Assembly: GCA_963575745.1 (NCBI GenBank)
Contig: CAUYUJ010000262.1
Coordinates: 1-64,000, forward strand
Length of the DNA stretch: 64,000 nucleotides
From: Prorocentrum cordatum
Lineage: Eukaryota
Direction: 5' to 3'
In this document: positions 1 through 14,239 of the stretch, piece after piece
How positions within the stretch are numbered: position 1 is the stretch's first letter
Layout of the letters: every line of letters begins with the position of its first letter
The notes under the pieces: generated by a model
Told to the model about the DNA's origin: nothing
The model's database searches: none
What the model saw: only the letters and a program-made list of their open reading frames with translations
Position numbers and translations under genes: made by a program

Positions 1-17
1 ACTACTACTACTACTAG

Positions 18-67
<50 letters not shown>

Positions 68-262
68 TTCATATTACTACTACTACGACGACTACTACTA
101 CTACGACTACTACTACTACAACTACTACTGCTACTAGTACTACTACTACTACTATTACTACTATTACTACGACTACTACTACTACGGCTACTACTACTAC
201 CACTATGCATACTAATACAATAAACTACTACTATTGCTACTACTACGACTACCACTACAACG

Positions 263-309
<47 letters not shown>

Positions 310-335
310 GACTACTACCATCACTATTACTAGTA
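1..335. repeat. Degenerate (TAC)n microsatellite
   Basis: Near-continuous actactact runs. Confidence 0.97.
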
Positions 336-2143
336 CTCTCCGATCGTTTAAATTAGATTTCAGATTGCGACCTAGTTTAGGCGAGATCCATTTTTACCGA
401 GTCTAGTTTTACCGAGCCGGGACTCGAATACTAAACACAACGTTCTGTATGTCTGGGGTCAAACCCGGGTCAGTCCGGGGTCACTCCAGGGTCAGTCCGA
501 AGTCGGTCCGGGGTCAGTTAGGGGTAGGTCGGTCCGGGGTCAGTCCGGGGTCAGTCCGGGGTCAGTCCGGGGTCAGTCCGGGGTCAGTCCGGGGTCAGTC
601 CGGGGTCAGTCCGGGGCCAGTCCAGGGCCAGTCCGGGGTCAGTCCGGGGTCAGTCCGGGGTCAGTACGGGCGTCATCGGGTCAGTCCGGGGTCAGTCCGG
701 GGTCAGTCGGGGGTCAGTCCGGGGGGCAGTCCGGGGTCAGTCCGGGGCCAGTCCGGGGTAAGTCCGGGGTCAGTCCGGGGTTCAGTCCGGGTCAGCGGGG
801 GTCAGTTCCGGGACGGTCCGGGCGGGTCAGTCCGGGGTCAGTCCGGGGTCAGTCCGGGGTCAGTCCGGGGTCAGTCCGGGGTCAGTCCGAGGTCAGTCCG
901 GGGTCAGTCCGGGGCCAGTCCGGGGTCAGTCCGGGGTCAGTCCGGGGCCAGTCCGGGGTCAGTCCGGGGTCAGTCCGGGGTCAGTCCGGGGTCAGTCCGG
1001 GGTCAGTCCGGGGTCTGTCCGGGGTCGGTCCGGGGTCGGTCCGGGGTCCGTCCGGGGTCCGTCCGGGGTCCGTCCGGGGTCCGTCCGGGTTCCGTCCGGG
1101 GTCGGGGTCGGTCCGGGGTCGGTCCGGGGTCGGTCTGGGGTCAGTCCGGGGTCAGTCCGGGGTCAGTCCGGGGTCAGTTCGGGGTCAGTCCGGGGTCAGT
1201 CCGGGGTCAGTCTGGGGTCAGTCCGGGGTCAGTCAGTCCGGGGTCAGTCCGGGGCCAGTCCGGGGCCGGTCCAGGGCCAGTCCGGGGTCAGTCCGGGGTC
1301 AGTCCGGGGTCAGTCCGGGGTCAGTCCGGGGCCAGTCCAGTCCGGGGCCCAGTCCGTCTCCGGGGTCAGTCTGGGGTCAGTCCGGGGTCAGTCCGGGGTC
1401 AGTCCGGGGTCAGTCCGGGGTCAGTCCCGGGTCAGTCCGGGGTCAGTCCGGGGTCAGTCCGGGGTCAGTCAGTCCGGGGTCAGTCCGGGGTCAGTCCGGG
1501 GTCAGTCCGGGGTCAGTCCGGGGTCAGTCCGGGGTCAGTCCGGGGTCAGTCCGGGGTCAGTCCGGGGCAAGTCCGGGGCCAGTCCGGGGTCAGTCCGGGG
1601 CCAGTCCGGGGCCAGTCCGGGGTCAGTCCGGGGCCAGTCCGGGGTCAGTCCGGGGTCAGTCCGGGGTCGGTCCGGGGTCAGTCCGGGATCAGTCCGGGGT
1701 CAGTCGGGGGTCAGTCCGGGGCCAGTTTGGGCTCCGTGCGGGGTCCGTTTGGGCCGGGGTCAGTCCGGGGTTGGTCCAGGGTCGGATCCGGGGTTTGCCT
1801 GAGGTTTGTCCAGGGTCTGTCGGGGGTCAGTCTGGGGCCAGCCTGGGTCAGTCCCGGAGTGACCTGCAGGATTGACCGTGCAGACCGACCCTTGAATGAC
1901 CCGTGCGTATATGGAGCCTGATCGGATCGAATTCAGCGCAGCCGAGCCGACCGCCACATTAGGTGCACGCGTATGTGGGAGCGCCCGAATGGAAAGGAGA
2001 GCGGAGGGTATTTTAATGCATGGGAAATGAAAATGCAAGCGGGCCGATCTAGTTTTCGGAATTGCAGAAGTCGGGGACCGAAACTTCCGATCTAGTTTAG
2101 CCGAGACCTAGTTTCACCGATTCTATTTTTAACGAGCGGAGTG
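336..2143. mobile_element. Non-autonomous TIR element, TA-flanked (Tc1/mariner/pogo-type signature), inserted in TAC microsatellite
   Basis: Left end ctctccgatcgtttaaattaga matches the reverse complement of the right end, cactccgctcgttaaaaataga (18/22). TA lies at 334-335 and 2144-2145. About 15-bp subterminal repeats (ctagtttt/agccgag-like) occur at both ends. No transposase ORF. Confidence 0.7.
449..1855 (+). repeat. 11-bp minisatellite (GGGGTCAGTCC)n inside the TIR element
   Basis: Over 100 tandem copies of cagtccggggt. The 490-aa ORF 449..1921 is just its translation. Confidence 0.97.
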
Positions 2144-2197
2144 TACTACTGCTACTACCACTGCTACCACTACTACGACGGCGACTCCTACTACTAT

Positions 2198-2228
<31 letters not shown>

Positions 2229-2258
2229 TCTTCTACGACTACGACTACTACTTCTGCG

Positions 2259-2338
<80 letters not shown>

Positions 2339-2634
2339 CTCATGCCATTACAAAAACTATTATAGCTCTGCTACTACTACTATGCTTACAAACTACTACT
2401 TGTATTTACTACTGCTACTACAACTACCACTACTAATATTAGTACTGCTGCTGCTACTAACTACTACTAATACTACTACTACTACTACCTACTACTACCA
2501 GCACGACGACTACGACTACTACTACTACTACTACTACTACTAATACTACTACGACTAACTACGACTACTACTACTACGACTAGTGTCGCGAGTATTGTTT
2601 TTACTACTACCACTACTACTTACTACTTACTACT

Positions 2635-2690
<56 letters not shown>

Positions 2691-2779
2691 TCTAACCAGT
2701 AATACTCGACGACGACGACCGACGACCACTGAACCACTACTATACACTACTACTACTACTTCTACTAACTACTACTACA

Positions 2780-2824
<45 letters not shown>

Positions 2825-2964
2825 ATACTACTGCTATACTACTACTATCTACTACTACTACTACTGACTACTACACTACTACTGCTGTGGTGTTACTACT
2901 CTACTACAGCTACTACTACTAGTACTACTGCCACTACTACTACCAGTACTCTTACTACTACTGT

Positions 2965-3003
<39 letters not shown>

Positions 3004-3008
3004 TAACT

Positions 3009-3040
<32 letters not shown>

Positions 3041-3262
3041 TACTTAACTACTACTACTCTACTAATACTTACTACTACTTCTAGTATTACTTACTACTGC
3101 TACTACTACCACTACTACTACTACTACGGCGACGGCTCCGATTACTGTCATGATTATTTCTACTACTACTACTACTACTACTACGACTACTACTACTACT
3201 GACTACTACTACTACTACTACTACTACCACTGATACTTCTACTACGTCTACGACTACGAGTG

Positions 3263-3307
<45 letters not shown>

Positions 3308-3365
3308 TTACCACTACCACGACCACTACGACTGCTACCACTACTACTACCACTACTACGGTTAT

Positions 3366-3410
<45 letters not shown>

Positions 3411-4481
3411 GACTGCTACTACTACTAATACCACTACTACTACCAGTACTATTACTATCACTACGTCTACTACCACTAGTGTCATCACGATTTTTACCAC
3501 TCTTACTACCACTACCACGGCGAATGCTACTGCTACTGCTACTACAACTACTACTAGTACTACCACGACTACGATTATTATTACTACTACTACTACTACG
3601 ACGACTACTACTACTACTACTACTACTACGACTACCACCACTTCTACCACTATTAGAACTACTACCACGACTACTACTACTACTACTACTACTACTACGA
3701 CTACTACTACTACTACTACGACTACTAACTAACTAACTAACTAACTAACTAACCAACTAACTAATAACAATAATAATAATGCGATTACTACTACTACTAC
3801 TTCTACTATGACTACTACGGCTACTACAACGACCATTACGTCTACGATTACTACGACTACTACCTCTACTATGATTACTACTACGACAACGATTGCTACG
3901 ACGACGACTACTACTACTACTACTACTACTACTACTGCTAGTTTTTTACTACTACGATTACGATTACGACTGCTACTACAACTGCGATGGCTATTATCAT
4001 TATTAATATTGCTTATTGTTTCTATTACGACGACGACTACTACTACTACTACTACTACTACTGTTTCTACTACTACTACTATTACGACTACTACTATTAC
4101 TACTACCACCAGTACTACGACTTCGACTGCTACTAGTACTACTGATACGACTACGAGCACGACTACTACAGGCAATACTACGACTACAACGACGACTACT
4201 ACTACGCTAGTACTACTACTACAACTACTACTACGACTACTACGGCTACTCCTACTATTATTACTATTACTACTTTTATTTATTCGTCTGACTATTACTA
4301 CAACTGCGACTACGATTTCGAGCACTAGTACTAGTAGTACGATTACAACTAATAATACTACTACCATTATTAGTAATACCACAACTACTACTACGATGAT
4401 TTACTACTATTACTACTAGTACGACTACGACTACTCCAATCATCGGCATTACCAATATTACTACTACTACTACTACTACTA

Positions 4482-4528
<47 letters not shown>

Positions 4529-4717
4529 GCTACTACTACTACTACTACTACGAACAATACTAGGACTACCACGACTAATATTATTACTACTACTACGACT
4601 ACTAATACTACTACGACGACTACTACTACTACTACTACTACTACGACAACGACGATGGCGACGAATACAAGCATTTACTACGAATACTATTTTCACTAGT
4701 GTAAGCATTATCATCAT

Positions 4718-4756
<39 letters not shown>

Positions 4757-4862
4757 CACTTTTTCTAAGAGTACTACGATTATTTCTGCTACTACCAGTA
4801 CTACCACTACTACGACTGCCGGTGCTACCACTACCACTACAACCACTACTACTACGACTACG

Positions 4863-4911
<49 letters not shown>

Positions 4912-5014
4912 ATACTATTACGACTACGACTACGACTACGACTTCTACTACTACTACTACTACTACTGCTACTACTACTTGAACAACTTTTATGAATGCT
5001 ACTACTACTACGAT

Positions 5015-5054
<40 letters not shown>

Positions 5055-5204
5055 GTTACTATTACTTCGACTACGACTACTACTACGGCTACCACTGCTG
5101 ACACGACCAGTTACTACTGTCACTACTACTACAGCTTCCTACTACCACTACTAGTACTACTACTACTTCTACGACCACTACCACTACTACTACTACTGCT
5201 GCTG

Positions 5205-5241
<37 letters not shown>

Positions 5242-5302
5242 TACTACTAGCGTGACTACTTCTACTACTACTGCTATACTACTATTATTTCTATTACTAC
5301 TT

Positions 5303-5344
<42 letters not shown>

Positions 5345-5345
5345 T

Positions 5346-5381
<36 letters not shown>

Positions 5382-5416
5382 GACTACTACTACTATTACT
5401 ACTATTATTACTACTG

Positions 5417-5452
<36 letters not shown>

Positions 5453-5472
5453 ATACTACGATTAGTACCACG

Positions 5473-5513
<41 letters not shown>

Positions 5514-5589
5514 GACGACCACGACTCCTAGTATTACAACTACGACTTTTCTACTATTGCGACTACTACTACTACTACTACTACTACTA
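2144..5589. repeat. Long degenerate (TAC)n microsatellite
   Basis: 3.4 kb of TAC with GAC/TAT/CAC variants, giving poly-Y/T/L/V/S artefact ORFs. Confidence 0.97.
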
Positions 5590-6450
5590 GGCATCGGTGC
5601 GTTAGGGGACCCCCGCGAATCGATATGGAAAACAATAAGAAAACTTTACAATGGAAAACAATAAGAAACCCTCACAATCAAAAACAATAAGAAATCAACA
5701 CAATCAAAAGCAATAAGAAATCAACACAATCAAAAGCAATAAGAGAACCATACAATCAAAAACGATAAGAAAACCTTGCAAAGGAAAACAATAACAAAAA
5801 AGACAATGGAAAACAATAAGAAAACGTCTTGGAATCACGATCCCTGTGAGGGTTCCAAAAAATAAAAAAAATAAAAAAATCAAAAAAAAATCCAATAAAA
5901 CCTGTGAGGGTTCCAAAAAATCCAAAAATCAATGGTTTTCGGGTCTCCAGGCTGCCTGGGACGGGCTGGGAGGGGGCCGGAGGGAGCTCGAAGACCCGAA
6001 AACCATTGATTTTTTTATTTTGGTTTTATTTGATTTTTTTTGCTTTTTTTGTATTTTTTGGAACCCTCACAGGGATCGTGGTCCCAAGACGTTTCTCTTG
6101 TTGTTTTTAATTGTCTTTTTTGTTATTGTTTTTCCTTGTAATAAGAAAATATTACAATTAACAACAATAAGAAAACCGTACAAACGAAAACAATAAGAAA
6201 ACATTACAATGGAAAGCAATAAGAAAACCTTACAATGGAAAACAATAAGAAACCCTCACAATCAAAAACAGTAAGAAATCAGCACAATCAAAAGCAATAA
6301 GAAATCAACACAATCAAAAGCAATAAGAGATAAGAGAACCATACAATCAAAAACGATAAGAAAACTTTACAAAGGAAAACAATAACAAAAAAGACAATGA
6401 AAAACAATAAGAAAACGTCTTGGAATCACGATCCCTGTGAGGGTTCCAAA

Positions 6451-6485
<35 letters not shown>

Positions 6486-7051
6486 GTGTGAGGGATCCAA
6501 AAAATCCAAAAATCAATGGTTTTCGGGTCTCCAGGCTGCCTGGGACGGGCTGGGAGGGGTCCGGAGGGAGTTCGCAGACCCGAAAACCATTGATTTTTTT
6601 TATTTTTTGGAACACTCACAGGTTTTATTTGATGTTTTTGTATTTTTTTTGATTTTTTGGAACCCTCACAGAGATCGTGGTCCCAAGACGTTTTCTTATT
6701 GTTTTGATTTGTTTTTTTTCTTAGTGTTTTCCATTGTAATAAGAAAATATTACAATTAACAGCAATAAGAAAACCGTACAAACGAAAACAATAAGAAAAC
6801 ATTACAAGGGAAAGCAATAAGAAAACCTTACATTTGAAAACAATAAGAAACCCTCACAATCAAAAACAATAAGAAATCATCACAATCAAAAGCAATAAGA
6901 AATCAACACAATCAAAAGCAATAAGAGAACCATACAATCAAAAACGATAAGAAAACCTTGCAAAGGAAAACAATAACAAAAAAGACAATGAAAAACAATA
7001 AGAAAACGTCTTGGAATCACGATCTCTGTGAGGGTTCCAAAAAATCAACAA

Positions 7052-7090
<39 letters not shown>

Positions 7091-7706
7091 TGAGGGTTCC
7101 AAAAATCCAAAAATCAATGGTTTTCGGGTCTCCAGGCTGCCTGGGACGGGCTGGGAGGGGGCCGGAGGGAGTTCGAACACCCGAAAACCATTGAATTTTG
7201 GATTTTTTGGAACCCTCACAGGTTTTATTGGATTTTTTTTTGATATTTTGAAACCCTCACAGGGATCGTGGTCCCAAGACGTGTTCTTTTTGTTTTTAAT
7301 TGTTTTTTTTGTTATTGTTTTCCTTTGTAAGGTTTTCTTATCGTTTTTGATTGTATGGTTCTCTTATTGCTTTTGATTGTGTTGATTTCTTATTGCTTTT
7401 GATTGTGAAGGTTTCTTATTGTTTTTGATTGTGTGCTTTCCTTATTGTTTTTGATTGTGTTTGTTTCTTATTGTTTTTGATTGCGTTGATTTCTTATTGT
7501 TTTTGATTGTGAGCTTTCCTTATTGTTTTTGAGTGTGTTGGCTTCTTATTGTTTTGATTGCGACGTGTTCGATTGCAAACGTTACTGCAACAACACAGGG
7601 TCAACATCTACATCAACATATGAACGAACTTCTTCGTTTAAATCCCTGCGGCATCGGTCAAAGCAAAAGTGGATGATTTGCGGGGGTCCACTAACGCACC
7701 GTTGGG
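5590..7706. mobile_element. AT-rich foldback-like non-autonomous TIR element, TA-flanked
   Basis: Left ggcatcggtgcgttaggggacccccgcgaatc matches the right-end reverse complement cccaacggtgcgttagtggacccccgcaaatc (27/32). TA lies at 5588-5589 and 7707-7708. Internal aacaataagaaa arrays on the left are mirrored by ttcttattgtt arrays on the right. Three about 590-bp internally palindromic units have GC-rich cores near 5931, 6515 and 7116. Confidence 0.8.
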
Positions 7707-7741
<35 letters not shown>

Positions 7742-7742
7742 G

Positions 7743-7808
<66 letters not shown>

Positions 7809-7899
7809 GATTGTTACTACTACTAATACTGCTACGACTACTACCACCACTACGATACTACTACTACTACCACCACCACCACCACTACTACTACTACTG

Positions 7900-7938
<39 letters not shown>

Positions 7939-7965
7939 ATTCTACGACTTCTACTACTACGTCTT

Positions 7966-8009
<44 letters not shown>

Positions 8010-8027
8010 GCTACTACTACTACCACT

Positions 8028-8111
<84 letters not shown>

Positions 8112-8185
8112 ACGACTACGACTACTACTGCTATTGCTATTGCTAGTATTTTCGCGAGCACTAATACTTCTCTTCCCCCTTCTAT

Positions 8186-8242
<57 letters not shown>

Positions 8243-8305
8243 GATTGTTACTACTACTACTACTGCTACGACTACTACCACCACTACGATACTACTACTA
8301 CTACC

Positions 8306-8351
<46 letters not shown>

Positions 8352-8384
8352 ATAATAAGTTTACGACTTCTACTACTACGTCTT

Positions 8385-8425
<41 letters not shown>

Positions 8426-8440
8426 GCTACTACTACTACC

Positions 8441-8512
<72 letters not shown>

Positions 8513-8576
8513 ACGACTACTACTGCTATTGCTAGTATTTTTACGAGCACTAATACTTCTCTTCCCCCTTCTATTC

Positions 8577-8610
<34 letters not shown>

Positions 8611-8614
8611 CACT

Positions 8615-8675
<61 letters not shown>

Positions 8676-8712
8676 GTACTACTATGACTACTACTACGAC
8701 GACTACTACTAC
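7707..8712. repeat. (TAC)n microsatellite with an internal approximately 400-430-bp tandem duplication
   Basis: Diagnostic interruptions recur: cgattgttactac at about 7808 and 8242, and gagcactaatacttctcttcccc at about 8156 and 8545. Confidence 0.9.
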
Positions 8713-9246
8713 GAGACGGTTTCCTCCTACTCCCTCCCCCTCGTCATCCTCATCCTCCTCATTCTCCACCTCATGTCCCTCCTCCTCCTCCTTCTCCTCC
8801 TCACCCTTTTTCTCCTACCCTCCTGCTCCAAACAGACGTCGCCCTCCTGTCCCGCATCGTTTCCCCCCCCCCCCCCTCATTCCACAGTTTGCTTCTTCCT
8901 CCTCCAACGAAACGGCCTCCTTGTCCTCCTTCGTCCGATGTTCATCCCCCGACGAGGTGGTCTCATTCCCGTCACGTTCCATCTCCACACTTTTTTCTCC
9001 CACTCATTAGTTCGCCCCTACCCTCAAATTACCTTGCGGCGTACCCAACCCATGTGCATCAAGTGGCAAGAGGAGTAGGCTGACATTTGCAGGAACAACG
9101 ACAGTGTAGACGCGGTGAATTGCTGCGCAAACTACATGGGAGGCGCATGCGTCGCACGACTCACAGGACGACGATCGAAAGAACGAGGGTTGAGGCCCCA
9201 GGCTCGAAGAATAACGGGGACAGGAAAGAAGGACGGAATGGGGGGT

Positions 9247-12200
9247 TAATCTGAATCTGCGTAGGACGTCACTCCGCTGGGCCCCGCAGCAGCCCTCGAA
9301 AGTGGTGACCGTTTCGCAGATTGCAGCCCCCCAGGGATGGCGAAGTCTAATTTGAGTCAGCGTATGACGTCACTCCGCTGGGCCCCCCAGCAGCCCTCGA
9401 AAGTGGTGACAGTTTCGCAGATCGCAGCCTCCCAGGGACGGCGAGGTCTAATCTGAATCTGCGTATGACGCCACTCCGCTGGGCCTCCCAGCAGCCTTCG
9501 AAAGTGGCGACAGTTTCGCAGATCGCAGCCCCCCAGGGATGGAGAGGTCGAATCTGAATCTGCGTATGACCCCACTCCGCTGGCCCCCCCAGCAGCCCTC
9601 GAAAGTGGTGACAGCTTCCCAGATCGCAGCCCCCCAGGGATGGCGAGGTCGAGTCTGAATCTGCGTATGACGTCACGCCGCTGGGCCCCCAGCAGCCCTC
9701 GAAAGTGGTGACAGTTTCGCAGATCGCAGCCCCCCAGGGAAGGCGAGGTCGAATACGAATGTGCGTATGACCCCACTCCGCTCTCCCCCACTCCCCCACC
9801 CCCCAGCACCCCCCGAAAGTGGTGACAGTTTCGCAGATCGCAGCCTCCCAGGGATGGCGAGGTCGAATCTGAATCTGCGCATGACCCCGCTCCGCTGGGC
9901 CCCCCAGCGGCCTTCGAAAGTGGTGACAGTTTCGCAGATCGCAGCCCCACAGGGATGTCGAGGTCGAATCTGAATCTGCGTATGGCCCCACTCCGCTGGG
10001 CCCCCCAGCAGCCCTCGAAGGTGGCGACAGTTTCGCCGATCGCAGCCCCGCAGGGGTGGCGAGGTCTAATGCGAATTTGCGTATGACCCCAATCCGCTGG
10101 GCTCCCCAGCAGCCCTCGAAAGTGGTGACAGTTTCGCAGATCGCAGCCCCCCAGGGATGGCGAGGTCGAATCTGGATCTGCGTATGACCCCACTCCGCTG
10201 GGCCCCCCAGCAGCCTTCGAAATTGGTGACACGTTCGCAGGTCGCAGCCCCCCCCCCCCCCGGGACGGCGAGGTCTAATTTGAATATGCACAGGACTTTA
10301 CTCCGCTGGGCCCCCAGCAGCCCTCGAAAGTGGTGACTTTTTCGCAGATCGCAGCCCCCCAGGGATGGCGAGGTCGAATCTGGATCTGCGTATGACCCCA
10401 CTCCGCTGGGCCCCCCAGCAGCCCTCGAAAGTGGCGACGGTTTCGCAGATCGCAGCCCCCCAGGGATGGCGAGGTCGAATCTGAATCTGCGTATGACGTC
10501 ACTCCGCTGGGCCCCCCAGCAGCCCTCGAAAGTGGCGACAGTTTCGCAGATCGCAGCACCCCAGGGATGGTGAGGTAGGAGACAAACTAGCACGCAGGAG
10601 CGAACGAGGTAGGAAGCAGGGGGGAAGAGGAAAGGAGGAGGGGGCGGGAGAGGGGAGGAGAGGAGAGGAGAGGAGTCGCGACCGCAGCTGCTCTGTTCAA
10701 AACGAGAACCCAACGCAGGAGGGTTGGGAAAAATTACCCTGCGATGCACCCAACCCATGTGCATCAAGTGGCAAGGCAAGCAGGCCAACATTAGCAGGAA
10801 CAACGACAGTGTAGACGCGGTGAATTGCTGCGCAAACTACATAGGATGCGCAGGCGTTGCACGACTCACAGAACGACGATCGGAAGAACGAGGGCTGAGG
10901 CCCCTGGCTCAAAGAATAACGGAGACAGGAACGAGGGGCAGGAGAAGGATGGAATGGGGGTAATCTGAATCTGCGTATGACGTCACTCCGCTGGGCCCCC
11001 CAGCAGCCCCCGAAAGTGGCGACAGTTTCGCAGATCGCAGCCCCCCAGGGATGGCGAGGTCGAATCTGAATCCGCGCATGACACCACCCCGCTGGGCCCT
11101 CCAGCAGCCTTCGAAAGTGGCGACAGTTTCGCAGATCGCAGCCCCCCAGGGATGGCGAGGTCTGCTCTGAATCTGCGTATGACCCCACTCCGCTGGGCTC
11201 CCCAGCAGCCCTCGAAAGTGGCGACAGTTTCGCAGATCGCAGCCCCCCAGGGATGGCGAGGTCGAATCTGAATCTGCATATGACCCCACTCCGATGGGCC
11301 CCCCAGCAGCCCTCGAAAGTGGTGACCGTTTCGCAGATCGCAGCCCCCCAGGGATGGCGAGGTCTAACCTGGATCCGCGGATGACCCCACTCCGCTGCCC
11401 CCCCCCCCCCCCCCAGCAGCCCTCGACAGTGGTGACCGTTTCGCAGATTGCAGCCCCACAGGGATGTCGAGGTCGAATACGAATCTGCGTATGACCCCAC
11501 CCCGCTGGGCCCCCCAGCAGACTTCGAAAGTGGTGACCGTTTCGCAGATTGCAGCCCCCCCAGGGATGGCGAGGACTAATCTGATGTTGCTTATGACCCC
11601 ACTCCGCTGGGCCCCCCCAGCAGCCCTCGAAAGTGGCGACGGTTTCGCAGATCGCACCCCCCCAGGGATGGCGAGGTCTAATACGAATCTGCGTGTGACC
11701 CCACTCCGCTGGGCCCCCAACAGCGTTGAAAGTGGGTCTAATCCGAATCTGCGTATGACCTCACTCCGCTGGGCCCCCCAGCAGCCCTCGAAAGTGGCGT
11801 CAGTTTCGCAGATCGCAGCCCCACAGGGATGGCGAGGTCTAATCTGGATCTGCGTATGACCCCACTCCGCTGCCCCCCCCCCCCCCCAGCAGCCTTCGAA
11901 AGTGGCGACAGCTTCGCAGATCGCAGCCCCTCAGAGATGGCGGGGTCGAATCTGGATCTGCGTATGACCCCACTCCGCTGCCCCCCCCCCCCCCCCTCAG
12001 CCCTCGAATGTGGCGACAGTTTCGCAGATTGCACTCCAGGGATGGCGAGGTCGAATCTGAATCTGCGTATGGCCCCACTCCGCTGGGCCCCTCAGCAGCC
12101 CTCGAAAGGGGCGACAGTTTCGCAGATCGCAGCCCCCCAGCGACGGCGAGGTCTAATATGGATCTGCGTATGACCCCAATCCGCTGGGCCCCCCAGCAGC

Positions 12201-13890
12201 CTCCGAAAGTGGCGACAGTTTCGCAGATCGCAGCCAGGGATGGCGAGGTCTCATCTGAATCTGCGTATGCCCCCACTCCGCTGGGCCCCCCAGCAGCCCT
12301 CGAAAGTGGGGACAGCTTCGCAGATCGCAGCCCCCCAGGGATGGTGAGGTAGGAGACAAAGTGGCGCGCAGGAGCGAGCGAGGTAGGAAGCAGGGGGGAA
12401 GAGGAAAGGAGGAGGGGGCGGGAGAGGAGAGGAGAGGAGTCGCGAACGCAACTGATCGGCGAGGTTTAATCTCAATCTGCGTACGACCCCACTCCGCTGG
12501 GCCCCCCAGCAGCCCTCGAAAGTGGCGACAGCTTCGCAGATCGCAGCCCCACAGGGATGGCGAGGTCTAATCTGAATCTGCGTATGACCCCACTCCGCTG
12601 GGCTCCCCAGCAGCCCCCGAAAGTGGCGACAGTTTCGCAGATCGCAGCTGCCCCAGGGATGGCGAGGTCGAATCTGAATCTGCGTATAACCCCACTCCGC
12701 TGGGCCCCCCAGCAGCCCTCGAAAGTGGTGACAGTTTCGCAGATTGCAGCCCCGCAGGGATGGCGAGGTCTAATCTGAATCTGCGTATGACCCCACTCCG
12801 CTGGCCCCCCCCAGCAGCCCTCGAAAGTGGTGACAGTTTCGCAGATCGCAGCCCCCCAGGGATGGCGAGGTCTAATCTGAATATGCGTATGACCCCAATC
12901 CGCTGGGCCCCCGAGCAGCCCTCGAAAGTGGCGACGGTTTCGCAGATCGCAGCCCCCCAGGGATGGCGAGGTCTAATTTGGATCTGCGTATGACGTCACT
13001 CCGCTGGGCTCCCCAGCAGCCCTCGAAAGTGGCGACAGCTTCGCAGATCGCAGCCCCCCAGGGATGGTGAGGTAGGAGACAAAGTGGCTCGCAGGAGCGA
13101 GCGAGGTAGGAAGCAGGGGGGAAGAGGAAAGGAGGAGGAGGGGGCGGGAGAGGAGAGGAGAGGAGTCGCGACCGCAACTGGTCGGCGAGGTCTAATCTGA
13201 ATCTGCGTTGACCCCACTCCGCTGGGCCCCCAGCAGCCCTCGAAAGTGGTGACAGGTTCGCAGATCGCAGCCCCCCAGGGATGGCGAGGTCTAATATGAA
13301 TCTGCGTATGACCCCACTCCGCTGGGCTCCCCAGGAGCCCTCGAAAGTGGCGAAAGTTTCGCAGATTGCAGCCCCCCAGGGATGGCGAGGTCTAATCTGA
13401 ATCTGCGTATGACCCCACTCCGCTGGGCTCCCCAGCAGCCCCCGAAAGTGGCGACAGTTTCACAGATCGCAGCCCCCCCAGGGATGGCGAGGTCGAATCT
13501 GAATCTGCGTATGACCCCACTCCGCTGGGCCCCCCAGCAGCCCTCGAGAGTGGTGACAGTTTCGCAGATTGCAGCCCCCCAGGGATGGCGAGGTCGAATC
13601 TGAATCTGCGTATGACCCCACTCCGCTGGGCCCCCCAGCAGCCCTCGAAAGTGGTGACAGTTTCGCAGATCGCAGCCCCCCAGGGATGGCGAGGTCTTAT
13701 CTGAATATGCGTATGACCCCAATCCGCTGGGCCCCCCAGCAGCCCTCGAAAGTGGCGACGGTTTCGCAGATCGCAGTCCCCCAGGGATGGCGAGGTCTAA
13801 TTTGGATCTGCGTATGACCCCACTCCGCTGGGCCCCCCAGCAGCCCTCGAAAGTGGCGACAGCTTCGCAGATCGCAGCCCCCCAGGGATG
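9247..13890 (+). repeat. 101-bp satellite, subfamily A
   Basis: Unit gatggcgaggtcgaatctgaatctgcgtatgaccccactccgctgggccccccagcagccctcgaaagtggcgacagtttcgcagatcgcagccccccagg, e.g. starting at 11050 and 11151. Interrupted by a purine-rich tail block at about 10570, 12343, 13066 and 13889. Confidence 0.95.
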
Positions 13891-14239
13891 GTGAGGTAGG
13901 AGACAAAGTGGCCCGCAGGAGCGAGCGAGGTAGGAAGCAGGGGGGAAGAGGAAAGGAGGAGGGGGCGGGAGAGGAGAGGAGAGGAGTCGCGACCGCAGCT
14001 CTTCTATTCAAAACGAGAACCCAGCGCAGGAGGGTTGGGAACAAAAACCCTGGCGACATACCCAACCCCTGCGCAATGCAGGGTATGAGTAGCGTGGGAG
14101 ACTTTATACGGGGGGTTTGACGTGGCATGGAAGGATATGTTTCTGCAAGCGGCATTCGGGAGGCTCGCGGATCCCCGATCAAGGGATAAGGGTTTGGTGG
14201 AAAGCATTACTTGGTTGAGCCCCTGAGTCGTTGGAGAAT

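Noticed and set aside
449..1921. 490-aa ORF with SVRGQSGVSPG repeats
   Set aside because: Translation of an 11-bp minisatellite that lacks stop codons and lies inside a TIR element.
2141..8769. Poly-V/L/T/Y/S ORFs
   Set aside because: Readings of the TAC microsatellite.
9247..13890. Hammerhead ribozyme in the satellite monomer (GAAA plus small hairpins)
   Set aside because: No CUGANGA core found in the consensus by eye.
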